Shown here piece after piece: positions 55,480-64,000 of a stretch of 64,000 nt of DNA. The stretch lies in the NCBI GenBank assembly GCA_038231135.1, contig JBBRLX010000011.1:48443-112442 (forward strand). Reading direction: 5' to 3'. The notes beneath the pieces were generated by a model, which saw only the letters and a list, made by a program, of their open reading frames with translations, searched no databases and was not told the origin of the DNA. How positions within the stretch are numbered: the first letter of the stretch is position 1; every line of letters begins with the position of its first letter. The translations under genes and the position numbers were made by a program. This DNA comes from Candidatus Eiseniibacteriota bacterium (GTDB lineage: Bacteria; Eisenbacteria; RBG-16-71-46).

Positions 55480-55495
55480 TGTTTCCCGTGAAACA
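55480..55495. promoter_or_regulatory. parS centromere-like site
   Basis: TGTTTCCCGTGAAACA, one mismatch to TGTTTCACGTGAAACA, upstream of parA. Confidence 0.85.
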
Positions 55496-55591
55496 TTGCC
55501 GTTGTCATCGGAAGCGTCCTCCTGTTTAATCAGATCGTCGCGATTGCCGCGAGGCAGGGAAGTCTCACCTCTTCCACACGGGCGCCAGGGA

Positions 55592-56368
55592 ATGGGTCGA
55601 ATCATCGCAGTGGCAAGCCAGAAGGGTGGCGTGGGCAAGACCACCACCGCGATCAATCTGGCGGCCTGCCTAGCCCAGGAAAACCAGCGGGTGCTCCTCG
55701 TCGACGTGGATCCGCAGGGCAGCGCAAGCAGCGGCATGGGCCTGAACGGAAACGAAATCGCTCAGACATCCTACGAGGTGTTGATCGGCGAATCCGACCT
55801 CAAGTCGGCGATTCGGCCAACGGCCCTCGCGAATCTCGATCTGGTTGCGGCGGGGCAGAGCCTGTCGGGCGCCGAGATCGAACTGGTCAGCATGTTGAGC
55901 CGCGAGTCCCGGCTCAAGACCGCCCTCGCACCGATCCGGGATGACTACGACTTCGTGTTCCTCGACACGCCGCCGTCGCTCGGCCTGCTGACGGTGAATG
56001 CCCTCACGGCCTCCGACTCGGTGTTGATTCCTCTGCAGTGCGAGTACCTGGCGCTCGAGGGCCTGAGCCAGTTGATCGGTGCGATCCGGCTGGTGCAGGA
56101 CCACCTCAATCCGGGGCTCCGGATCGAGGGCGTACTGCTGACGATGTTCGACGCACGGCTCAACCTCTCGCAGCAAGTCGCAGCGGAAGCCAGGAAGTTC
56201 TTTGCGGAGCGCGTGTATCGCAGCGTCATTCCGCGCAATGTTCGGCTGAGCGAGGCCCCGTCATTCGGCAAGCCCATCGTTCTTTATGACCCCAACAGTT
56301 CTGGCGCGGACAGCTATCGCGATCTGGCGCGGGAGGTCTTGGAGCATGCACAGGAAAGCATTAGGTAG
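55592..56368 (+). CDS. parA: Chromosome partitioning ATPase ParA/Soj
   Basis: [46 protein letters not shown]. Confidence 0.97.
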   Translation: MGRIIAVASQKGGVGKTTTAINLAACLAQENQRVLLVDVDPQGSASSGMGLNGNEIAQTSYEVLIGESDLKSAIRPTALANLDLVAAGQSLSGAEIELVSMLSRESRLKTALAPIRDDYDFVFLDTPPSLGLLTVNALTASDSVLIPLQCEYLALEGLSQLIGAIRLVQDHLNPGLRIEGVLLTMFDARLNLSQQVAAEARKFFAERVYRSVIPRNVRLSEAPSFGKPIVLYDPNSSGADSYRDLAREVLEHAQESIR

Positions 56369-57233
56369 AGGTCTCGAGGCGCTGATCCCCGGGTCCCATT
56401 CGACGCCTGTCGCAAAAGGTGGCGCCGCCGCGGTGGCGGAGCCACCCGAGGGCCGTACGACCGGGGAGACCCTACTTACAATCGACGACATCTCCGCGAA
56501 CCCCCACCAGCCGCGAATCCGCTTCGACGACGACGCCATTCGAGAGCTGGCGGATTCAATCAAGGTCAGCGGGGTGCTGCAGCCGATTCTCGTTCGAAAA
56601 GCGGCGGATGGCTACGAAGTGGTCGCGGGAGAGCGCCGGCTGCGGGCCGCGAGGGTTGCAGGATTGACGGAAATCCCTGCGATCATCCGGGAGGTCTCCG
56701 AGCGCGACATGATCGAGATGGCCCTCGTCGAGAACATCCAGCGCGAGGACCTGAATCCCATCGAAGAGGCCAAAGCGTATCTCCAGCTCAGCGAGCACTC
56801 CGGACTGACCCACGACCAGATCTCGGAACGTGTTGGGAAACAGAGAGTATCCGTGACCAATACGCTGCGGCTCCTCACGCTTCCGGCCGAAATCCAGGAC
56901 ATGGTTTCACGTGAAACATTGACCGCTGGACACGCGCGGGCGTTGCTGGGGCTCGAATCACCTGGCGAGATGCTTGCGTCGGCCCGGTATGTTCAGGCCA
57001 AGGGGTTCTCGGTGCGTCGCACGGAGGCCTATGTCCGTCGCAAGCAGCGCCGGTCGACCGCCCGCCCCGCGGGTGCGCGCAGCCACGGGCTCGTGGAATG
57101 GGAGACCAAGCTTCAGCAGCGCTTCAGCACCCAGGTGACGATTCGCCGAGGTCGCAAAGGTGGTACGGTGGCATTCGAGTTCTATGGCGATGAGGATCTC
57201 GAACGACTGCTCGAAGCGTGGAGCGTGATGTAG
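56346..57233 (+). CDS. parB: Chromosome partitioning protein ParB/Spo0J
   Basis: [45 protein letters not shown]. Confidence 0.97.
   Translation: MHRKALGRGLEALIPGSHSTPVAKGGAAAVAEPPEGRTTGETLLTIDDISANPHQPRIRFDDDAIRELADSIKVSGVLQPILVRKAADGYEVVAGERRLRAARVAGLTEIPAIIREVSERDMIEMALVENIQREDLNPIEEAKAYLQLSEHSGLTHDQISERVGKQRVSVTNTLRLLTLPAEIQDMVSRETLTAGHARALLGLESPGEMLASARYVQAKGFSVRRTEAYVRRKQRRSTARPAGARSHGLVEWETKLQQRFSTQVTIRRGRKGGTVAFEFYGDEDLERLLEAWSVM
56903..56918. promoter_or_regulatory. parS site inside parB
   Basis: GGTTTCACGTGAAACA, which encodes the VSRET peptide. Confidence 0.85.
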
Positions 57234-57351
57234 GTGGCGGCCGCAGCCGACCCGCGCCCGGCTTGTCGCAATGCGTCGCATTACAGAGATCAAAACTCAA
57301 CGGCCCCACGCACCATCGAATGACGCTGCCGCAATTCATGGAGGAATTGGG

Positions 57352-57756
57352 ATGCGCTTTCTGACGCGAACCAGCAGTTCCGAGGCGCCCGCGCCGCCGA
57401 ACACCATCATCGGCCTGGGCACGACATTTCGCGGTACGCTCATGGTTGCGGGAACCCTGAGAATCGAGGGAGAGCTCGAAGGCGACGTGCTTCGCTGCGA
57501 GCGGCTCGAGATCGGCGAGCATGGTGTGATGCGCGCCGACATCGAGGTGAAGGAAGCCGTGATCGAGGGCCGAGTGCACGGCAACGTCCGGGCGCTCGGC
57601 GTGCTCGAGATGAAAGCCGGCGCTCGCGTCGAAGGCGATGTGGCAGCGATGAGCGTGGTCATGGAGCAGGGCGTGTTCTTCACGGGACGCTGCACCATGC
57701 TCGAGACCGGCTCGGAGGCTGTGGAGCTGGGGAACGACCTTGTTCGTTCCCGATGA
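57352..57756 (+). CDS. Bactofilin (polymer-forming cytoskeletal protein)
   Basis: TIIGLGTTFRG...LRIEGELEGDV...IEGRVHGNV...GVFFTGRC; GGAGGA RBS. Confidence 0.9.
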   Translation: MRFLTRTSSSEAPAPPNTIIGLGTTFRGTLMVAGTLRIEGELEGDVLRCERLEIGEHGVMRADIEVKEAVIEGRVHGNVRALGVLEMKAGARVEGDVAAMSVVMEQGVFFTGRCTMLETGSEAVELGNDLVRSR

Positions 57757-57835
57757 CGCGAGCCTCCATGCATCGCACTCGCTAGCCCGCAGTCCCGGGC
57801 CGGTTGGCCGCCCGACCCCGAGATCCTTCCGTGTG

Positions 57836-59227
57836 ATGGCCGCCCTGGTCCTGTGGCCATGCGTGCTGGCGAGCATGACACTGCAGGGCCCCGCGACCGC
57901 GGCCGACGCGACAACTCCTGCCGGAGTCTCCCGGGCGGCTGTGGCTGCGAAGGGATCACGTCCCACACCGGGAAGCCGCACGGCCACCGCAACGCGCAGT
58001 CGCTTCTCCCATCCCGCTTCCCGCCCGTCCGGTGAGACGCTGGCGTTCGAGAACATCGAAGGCATTCTGCTGGTCCGCGCCACCGCTCACGGCATCGGCC
58101 GCGACACCTCGGGCGTGTTCGCCCTCGACACCGGCGCCGGGTTCTTTGCGATCGATCACGAGCTGTCACAAATTCTCGGAATCGACTCCACTGCAATTAG
58201 TTCCGATCCAATACGATTGGCGCGAACTCCGCTGCCCCGGCTCGAGATCGGTCGCATGCAGTTCGACCAGGTCCAGCCGATTCTCCTGATCGACGCGAAC
58301 ATCATCCGCCAGGTTTCGGGTCGGCCGGTATTGGGACTGTTGGGCGCGCGCCTGCTGGAGCGATACGCGCTCGACATCGATTACCTCAATAGCCGGGTGA
58401 CATGGATCGACGTGTCGCAGGATGGCGCCGGAGATCCGGGGGGCGATTCGGTTTCAGCGTCCCGGCGTGCGCTCGGCGACGGGCTCGACCGTTCCGCCAT
58501 GCCGATGCCATTTCGAATCGCGGGCGACGGCAAGATCCTCGTGCCCGCACTGGTCACGAACCTCGGATCGCGCATGGGCGATTCGTTGACCCTGGTGCTC
58601 GACACGGGCGCAACGAAGACGGCGCTGTTCGCGCACGCCCTGGCGACGAAGGCTCCGGCCTTCGAGCGCTGGCCCGCGCTACGCGGCCTGTCGGCGCCCA
58701 CGCTGATCGGATCCGCGGATGCCCGCCTCGCGCGCGTTCGAGCCCTGGTGGTGGGTCGCGGCGCAAGTTTCGCCCGGGGGACGGAGGTCGACGTTGCCGT
58801 GCTCGACAGTCCGCTCGAGGCCGCGCTGTCGGCCGAAGTGGACGAGCCCGTCGACGGGTTGCTCGGGTATTCGTTCCTGCGCCGGTTCGGCGTGGTGATC
58901 GACTATCCGCATCGTGTGCTGTGGCTCACGCCGAGGCCCCACAGTTACGATGAACGGCCTTACGAGTACTCCCACGTCGGGCTGCAGATCGAGCGCCGCG
59001 GCGACGCATTGCGCGTGATCGGCGTGGCCACCCATTCGCCGGCCGACATCGCGGGAATCCGCGCGGACGACGAATTGGCGGCGATCGACGGGATTTCGGT
59101 TCAGGCGCTCGACGTGATCGATGCCACGCTGCGGCTCGAAGGCCCGCCCGGGACCGCCGTCGTGCTCACGATGCGCCGCGAAGACCAGCAGCGGACGTAC
59201 CGGCTGATCCGCCGCCGCCTGCTCTGA
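57836..59227 (+). CDS. Secreted aspartyl protease (two retropepsin-like domains) with a C-terminal PDZ domain
   Basis: LDTGAG and LDTGAT motifs, GLLG motifs, and a PDZ (SPADIAGIRADD). Start uncertain. Confidence 0.85.
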   Translation: MAALVLWPCVLASMTLQGPATAADATTPAGVSRAAVAAKGSRPTPGSRTATATRSRFSHPASRPSGETLAFENIEGILLVRATAHGIGRDTSGVFALDTGAGFFAIDHELSQILGIDSTAISSDPIRLARTPLPRLEIGRMQFDQVQPILLIDANIIRQVSGRPVLGLLGARLLERYALDIDYLNSRVTWIDVSQDGAGDPGGDSVSASRRALGDGLDRSAMPMPFRIAGDGKILVPALVTNLGSRMGDSLTLVLDTGATKTALFAHALATKAPAFERWPALRGLSAPTLIGSADARLARVRALVVGRGASFARGTEVDVAVLDSPLEAALSAEVDEPVDGLLGYSFLRRFGVVIDYPHRVLWLTPRPHSYDERPYEYSHVGLQIERRGDALRVIGVATHSPADIAGIRADDELAAIDGISVQALDVIDATLRLEGPPGTAVVLTMRREDQQRTYRLIRRRLL

Positions 59228-59229
59228 CC

Positions 59230-60147
59230 ATGCACGACCGCGCCGCCCTGAACCGCGGACGCCTGCTCGTGCTCGCCGCGACCTGCTTCTGGGGCACGTC
59301 CGCGACGCTCGCCCGATTCGTGTTCCGGAGTCGCGCGGTTCCTCCGCTCACGGTGGTCGAACTGCGGCTGGCGGTGTCCGTCGTGCTGCTCGCGCTGTGG
59401 CTCGCATGGCGAAAGCCGCGGGCGTTGATCCTGCCCCGCCGGGACTGGGGGCCGATCGTGCTGCTCGGATTGCTCGGCGTCGCCGCCATTCAGGGCGGCT
59501 ACTACTATTCGATCTCCGTGCTGGGCGTGGGCCTCGCGATTCTGATCCAGTACCTGGCGCCCGCCCTGATCGTTGTCTACGACGTCACGCGCGGCACCCG
59601 CCTCACCGGCCGCGTGTTGTTCACGCTGGTCGCGGCGTTGGCGGGCACCGCGCTGTTGATCGGCGACCCCGGGCACGGCCCGGCCCACGCGCGCACGCTC
59701 GACTGGCTGATCAGCTTCAGCACCGCGTTCACGTTCGCGTTCTACATCGTTTATTCGAAACGCCTGCTGCAGCGCAACGAGCCCGAAACCGTGCTGCTCT
59801 ATACGTTCCTCGTCGCGGGGATCTTCTGGGCGTTCTTCAAGCCGCCCACGACGATCGTCGCCGCCGGTTACTCCGGTGGCACCTGGGGATTGTTCATGAT
59901 CATCGCCGTGAGTTCGGCGCTGATTCCGTTCGCGTGCTTCTACGCCGGCCTCAGGCGTATGCCGCCCGCCGAGGCCGGGATCCTCGCCACGCTCGAGCCG
60001 GTGGTGGCGGTCGTCTCCGCGTGGCTCTGGCTGGGCGAGGGGCTTGCCGCGCTCCAATGGGCGGGCGCGCTGCTGGTGCTGATCGCAGCCGCACTGGCCT
60101 CGTATGTACCGGAACCGACCCCACGCCGACTCCGCACCACCCCATAG
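59230..60147 (+). CDS. EamA/DMT family transporter
   Basis: About 10 TM segments; FWGTS, QYLAP and LEPVVA motifs. Confidence 0.9.
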   Translation: MHDRAALNRGRLLVLAATCFWGTSATLARFVFRSRAVPPLTVVELRLAVSVVLLALWLAWRKPRALILPRRDWGPIVLLGLLGVAAIQGGYYYSISVLGVGLAILIQYLAPALIVVYDVTRGTRLTGRVLFTLVAALAGTALLIGDPGHGPAHARTLDWLISFSTAFTFAFYIVYSKRLLQRNEPETVLLYTFLVAGIFWAFFKPPTTIVAAGYSGGTWGLFMIIAVSSALIPFACFYAGLRRMPPAEAGILATLEPVVAVVSAWLWLGEGLAALQWAGALLVLIAAALASYVPEPTPRRLRTTP

Positions 60148-60227
60148 ATGTCTGGCAACGCCGGAAGGACCCCGACGGATGACTTGGCGGTGCGGCGCCG
60201 GTCGCAGGGAACTGCGCAACGGCTCGG

Positions 60228-60689
60228 CTAACTGGCCCGGGCGAGATCCTCGTCGGCGGCATGCAACGCCCGCAGTCGCTGCTGGACGCGCTCGAGCCGG
60301 ATCGCGCTCACGGTCTCGACCGAGTAGCGCTCATCCCACACGAGGTTGCCGCGCAGCCACACGCGCAGCTCCGGGAATTCGGTGAGCAGCGTGTTCGCCG
60401 CGCGACCCTTGATCTCGCGGACCACGCTCGCGATGCTCTGCGACGGCCGGATCGCGATCAGCAGGTGCACGTGATCGCTGCCGCTCACCACTTCGAGCAG
60501 GCCATAGCCGCGCTCCTCGCATAGCTGCTGGACCAGGTTCTGCAGCATGCGAACGTGCCGATCTTTGAGCACCGGTTTGCGCCCGCGTGTTCCCCAGGTA
60601 ACGAGGTAGTGGAGCTGACTGCGATACACGGGCTCCCAACGCCCTGCGAGTGACTCGGTGATTTCGGGAGGCAGCCTGCGGTCCAACAT
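60228..60689 (-). CDS. IS200/IS605 TnpA (Y1 HUH) homolog lacking the catalytic Tyr
   Basis: WGTRGRKPVL, DHVHLL (HUH), VREIKG and VWDERY match the family, but the C-terminal helix reads VQQRLRAL instead of IxxYIxxQ. GGAGG RBS before ATG 60689. Confidence 0.85.
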   Translation of the reverse strand: MLDRRLPPEITESLAGRWEPVYRSQLHYLVTWGTRGRKPVLKDRHVRMLQNLVQQLCEERGYGLLEVVSGSDHVHLLIAIRPSQSIASVVREIKGRAANTLLTEFPELRVWLRGNLVWDERYSVETVSAIRLERVQQRLRALHAADEDLARAS

Positions 60690-60712
60690 CGTTACCCTCC
60701 TGGTGGCGCCCA

Positions 60713-60726
60713 TGCACGCATGTGCA
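60713..60726. promoter_or_regulatory. Putative LexA (SOS) box upstream of the TnpA-like gene
   Basis: TGCACgcatGTGCA, the same TGCAC-N4-GTGCA palindrome found in the lexA promoter. Confidence 0.75.
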
Positions 60727-60739
60727 GTAGGCGTATCTG

Positions 60740-60765
60740 AAAAATGGGAGCTGTGTGCTCCCATT
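60740..60765 (-). terminator. Intrinsic terminator after lexA
   Basis: AATGGGAGC-acaca-GCTCCCATT stem running into a T-tract on the minus strand. Confidence 0.7.
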
Positions 60766-60780
60766 CTCCTGCTGAGCCAA

Positions 60781-61386
60781 TCAGCTGCCGACGATCCTCA
60801 CAACACCCCTGACGACGCCGGCAATGCGAAAGTCTTCGGTGTTCGCGACCACGATGGGCCGATGCTTCGGATTCGCGGGCACCAACTCGATCACATCGCC
60901 GTGCGGCCGGTAGAACTTTACCGTCGCCTCGTCTTCGATCAACGCCACGACCATCTCGCCGGGGACCGCGGTCTCCTGCTGGCGGACGACGACGTAGTCG
61001 TTCTCGTGAACGCCGGCGTCGATCATGCTGTCGCCGCGCACGCGCAGCGCGAATAGCTCCTCGCGCGCGCCGAACATCTGATCGGTCTCGAGGCGGCCCT
61101 CGTAGTGTTCTTCGGCATGGATCGGCTGTCCCGCCGCGACCCGGCCGAGAATGGGAATGCCGGTGCGCGCCGCGGTGGCGGTGCGCAGGCTCTCGATCCC
61201 GCGCGAGATCTTGCCGCTGCGCCGAAGATGACCCGACTTCTCGAGCAGCGTCAGGTGATAGCGGACGCCGTTCGTGGAAGCGATGTGGAACTTCGACCCG
61301 ATCTCGCGAATGGTGGGCGGAAACCCGCGTTCACGCGAGAACGACTCGATGAACCCCAGGATCTCGCGGGTGCGATTGTTGAGCAT
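60781..61386 (-). CDS. lexA: SOS repressor LexA
   Basis: GFPPTIREIG wHTH, VAAG cleavage site, GDSM catalytic Ser, ATVK catalytic Lys. Confidence 0.97.
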   Translation of the reverse strand: MLNNRTREILGFIESFSRERGFPPTIREIGSKFHIASTNGVRYHLTLLEKSGHLRRSGKISRGIESLRTATAARTGIPILGRVAAGQPIHAEEHYEGRLETDQMFGAREELFALRVRGDSMIDAGVHENDYVVVRQQETAVPGEMVVALIEDEATVKFYRPHGDVIELVPANPKHRPIVVANTEDFRIAGVVRGVVRIVGS

Positions 61387-61436
61387 TTCTCCCTCGTCAT
61401 TGGTGGTCCACGAATGCATGGACCCGGCACATCAAC

Positions 61437-61466
61437 AATGTACTGCACGCGTGTGCAGCGCGTCAA
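61437..61466 (-). promoter_or_regulatory. lexA sigma70 promoter with an embedded operator
   Basis: TTGACG-18 bp-TACATT; the spacer is filled by CTGCACacgcGTGCAG. Confidence 0.8.
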
Positions 61467-61536
61467 GCGCGGGTATCCCCGGGTAAACTGGGGTGTCCAC
61501 GGCGCGCCCGTCGCACGCAACGTCGTACCTCGTGCG

Positions 61537-64000
61537 CTACCGGAAGTCGCGAATCAGCACGACGTCCGCCGGCCGAGTGGACGCCTCGACGATCAGATGG
61601 CGGCTGTCGTTCATCCAGACGATCCTGGTGATGATTTCGGGCGAGAGTTGCGTGACACGCACCGGCTTGCGGCCTTCGGCGTCGGTGACCCAGAGATCGG
61701 TGCGCGCGCCGTTGCGCACCAGGATCCCGAGACGGCGCCCATCGGGTGACCACTCGTGCAGCACGACGCGGCCGTCCGTGACGTGCGTCACCCGGACGGG
61801 TGCGCCGCCGTCGAGTGACATGCGGAACACGTTCCAGCCGGAGTCGGCGTGATCGATGAACGTCACTGAGCGCTCGCCGGGCTCCCATCTGACATCGACA
61901 GCATCGGCGGGCGGGCGCACGACCGACATCGCGTCGCCGCCTTCGAGCGGGAGAACCTCGTAGCGAGTCCGGCGGTGTCCCTGCGCATCGGACTCGGCAC
62001 GACCCAGTAGCAAGGAGCGTGTGTCCGGTGAGAACTCTGCGGTGCCCCAGCCAACGCCGAGATCGCGCACGACACGCCCATCGGCGGTCGAGGTCAACGT
62101 GAGATGGCCGACAGTCTCGCCCTCGACGAATACGTAGCGACCGTCACGCGAGAGACCCGCCACCTGCAATCGCGCGCCATGCGTGAGTTGTCGCGGCGTA
62201 CCTCCGCTGGAATTCATCACCCACACCTGAATGCCCGTGCTGTCGAGCCGGTCGAACGCAATGATGCCCGCGGCCGCGCGCGGATTGAACGCATTCGCGT
62301 CCGTTCCGGTCAACGCGCGCGGCGCTTCGCCGGCCGTGCCGACCGCCCAGATCTGCAGCACGCCATTCCTCGGCGATTGACACAGAATCGTCATCGTATC
62401 CAATGCGCTTCTGGCCTGCGTGAACGAGTTCTCGGAGCCCGTCGCCGTGGTGAGGCGGCGCACCGCCGATCCGTTGGCATCGGCCAGATAGATGGACGAG
62501 ATCAGGCTCGAACGTACCGCCGCGATCGCGTCGTCGGAGAGCGACGCCGACACGTTGCCGTATTGATTGAAGTCGTTCGTGATGCGCGACGGCGCTCCGG
62601 CCGGATATGGATGGAGCGTGATCTGGCGGTAGGTCGACGTGCCGAGATACTGCCCGGCCATGGCGATCGCGGTGCCACCGCGAACCCATGCGAACGAGAC
62701 GGGAATCGTGTGCGGGAGCTTCACCCAATCCCTCCGGTGCCCGCTCCGCGCGTCGAACAACGCGATCGTGCACTGGGGACCCGGTCCGGTATCGCCGAGG
62801 GACACGGCGATCTCCTTTCCATCCGGCGACCACGCGGGCGCCCCGATCATTCGTCCGGCAATGTCGGCGAGGTTTCGTTCGTGGCGCGTGGCGAGGTCGA
62901 GGACGACGAGCCAGTACTGGGCCGGCTCGGGCTTCGCGCGCGCGAAGCCCGAGCTGTTTGTCATCCGGAGAGGAGCTCGCGCGCGAGTCGACGTCGAATG
63001 CGATCTCGCTCGGCCGGCCGCCCAGGGAGGCGACCTGGTAGAGCGCCATGTAATTCTGCTGATCCGGCCGCGGCGCCGTGTAGAAGAGATAGTTCCCATC
63101 GCGCGAGAAGGACGGGGATTCGAGCGCCGCGTCACCGGGCGGCACCACGACGACATCGCTGCCGGTCGCCACCTGGCGAACGGTGAGACTCCGCTTCCCC
63201 GCTCGCTCGGAGACGAAGCCGAGATAGCGGCCGTCGGGAGAGAGCGCCGCGTCCAAGACGTCGCCGGAGCTGGTCAGCGCTGTCATGCGCATCTTCTGAA
63301 ACGACTCCGAGGCGGGATGGCCGCGCCGCAGGCTCCAGGAGACGATTGCGACCGCCGCCAGCGCGACGACACCAGCGACGATCCATGGGAGCACGGGCGC
63401 TCGTCCGGGCGCGGCCGCGGCGACGGAGGCCGCGGAGGAGGAGCTGCCGGAGCTGGCCGAGGCCGAAAGCGCGTCGTACTCGGACTCGATCTCGCGGAGC
63501 TCGAGCGCCAGGTCCTTCATCGACTGGAGCCGCTGATCGGGACTCTTGTACAGACAGCGCCGGATCAGGCGCCGCAGCTCGGCCGGGGCGAGCGCGTTGA
63601 TCTCCTCCACCGGCGCAGGGGTGTCGTTGAGGACCTTGTGCATCGTCTCGATCGACGTGTCTGCAGCGAATGCGCGGCGATCCGTGGCCGCCTCGTAGAG
63701 AATGCAGCCGAACGAGAAAACGTCGGACCGTTGGTCGACACTTTTGCCGCGCACCTGCTCGGGCGACATATAGCCGGCGGTGCCGACGACCGCCCCCTCG
63801 TCGGTGCCGTCGTGCGCGACCGTCGGCGCGCTCGTGGCGTCGAGGTCGCCATCGCTCCGCTCCGTGAGCTTGGCGAGGCCGAAGTCGAGCACCTTGGCGA
63901 AGCCGTCGCTCGTGACCATGATGTTGCCCGGCTTGAGATCGCGGTGGACGATGCCGGCCGCGTGCGCCTTGGCGATACCGTCGGCCGCCTGGGCGAGCCA
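61537..64000 (-). pseudogene. Ser/Thr protein kinase with TM and TolB-like (PD40) propeller, frameshifted near 62950; 5' end beyond the window
   Basis: HRDLKPGN, DFGLAK, GTAGYMSPEQ, SDVFSFG, then a TM and SPDG repeats. The coding frame switches from ...SPDDKQL to GFARAKPEPAQYWLVV. Confidence 0.8.

Noticed and set aside
60228..60780. Active IS200/IS605 insertion sequence
   Set aside because: No catalytic Tyr, no tnpB and no right-end hairpin recognised. The upstream hairpin fits a lexA terminator better, though an end remnant cannot be excluded.
62144..62925. C-terminal part of the 591-aa kinase ORF
   Set aside because: Out-of-frame read-through after the frameshift; the real propeller sequence is in the 61537..63156 frame.
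1..64000. tRNA, rRNA or riboswitch genes
   Set aside because: None recognised by eye, including no preQ1 or c-di-GMP riboswitch motif; an Infernal/tRNAscan run is needed to exclude them.

Overview
A very GC-rich bacterial chromosome segment, probably close to the replication origin. The T9SS/FlgD-like C-terminal domain and the Fibrobacter-type SOS box suggest an FCB-related lineage such as Ca. Eisenbacteria; this is inference only. In order, the window holds: argC (partial) and argR with ARG boxes; a CPBP protease coupled to a secreted beta-propeller protein; a 14.5-kb gene for a 4845-aa surface protein (GATase-like N-domain, 28 DUF11 repeats, SdrD-B-like domain, putative C-terminal OM beta-barrel) coupled to an OmpA-family gene; a complete his operon (hisG, a fused hisD-hisC, hisH, A, B, F, N, IE) with a His-rich leader peptide and attenuator; a transglycosylase; an epimerase; queE-queC-queD; a GT-C/esterase/ABC operon; a GAF histidine kinase; an ECF sigma/FecR pair; the rpmH-rnpA-yidD-yidC-jag-mnmE-mnmG-rsmG-parA-parB block with two parS sites but no adjacent dnaA; bactofilin, an aspartyl protease-PDZ and EamA; lexA followed by an IS200-type Y1 TnpA homolog that lacks its catalytic Tyr and has its own SOS-box-like palindrome; and a Ser/Thr kinase-TolB-like gene frameshifted at a perfect 30-bp palindrome. 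The best candidates for an undescribed system are the apparently SOS-regulated, catalytically dead TnpA and the giant DUF11-barrel/OmpA module. All family calls come from reading motifs by eye; no database searches were run.
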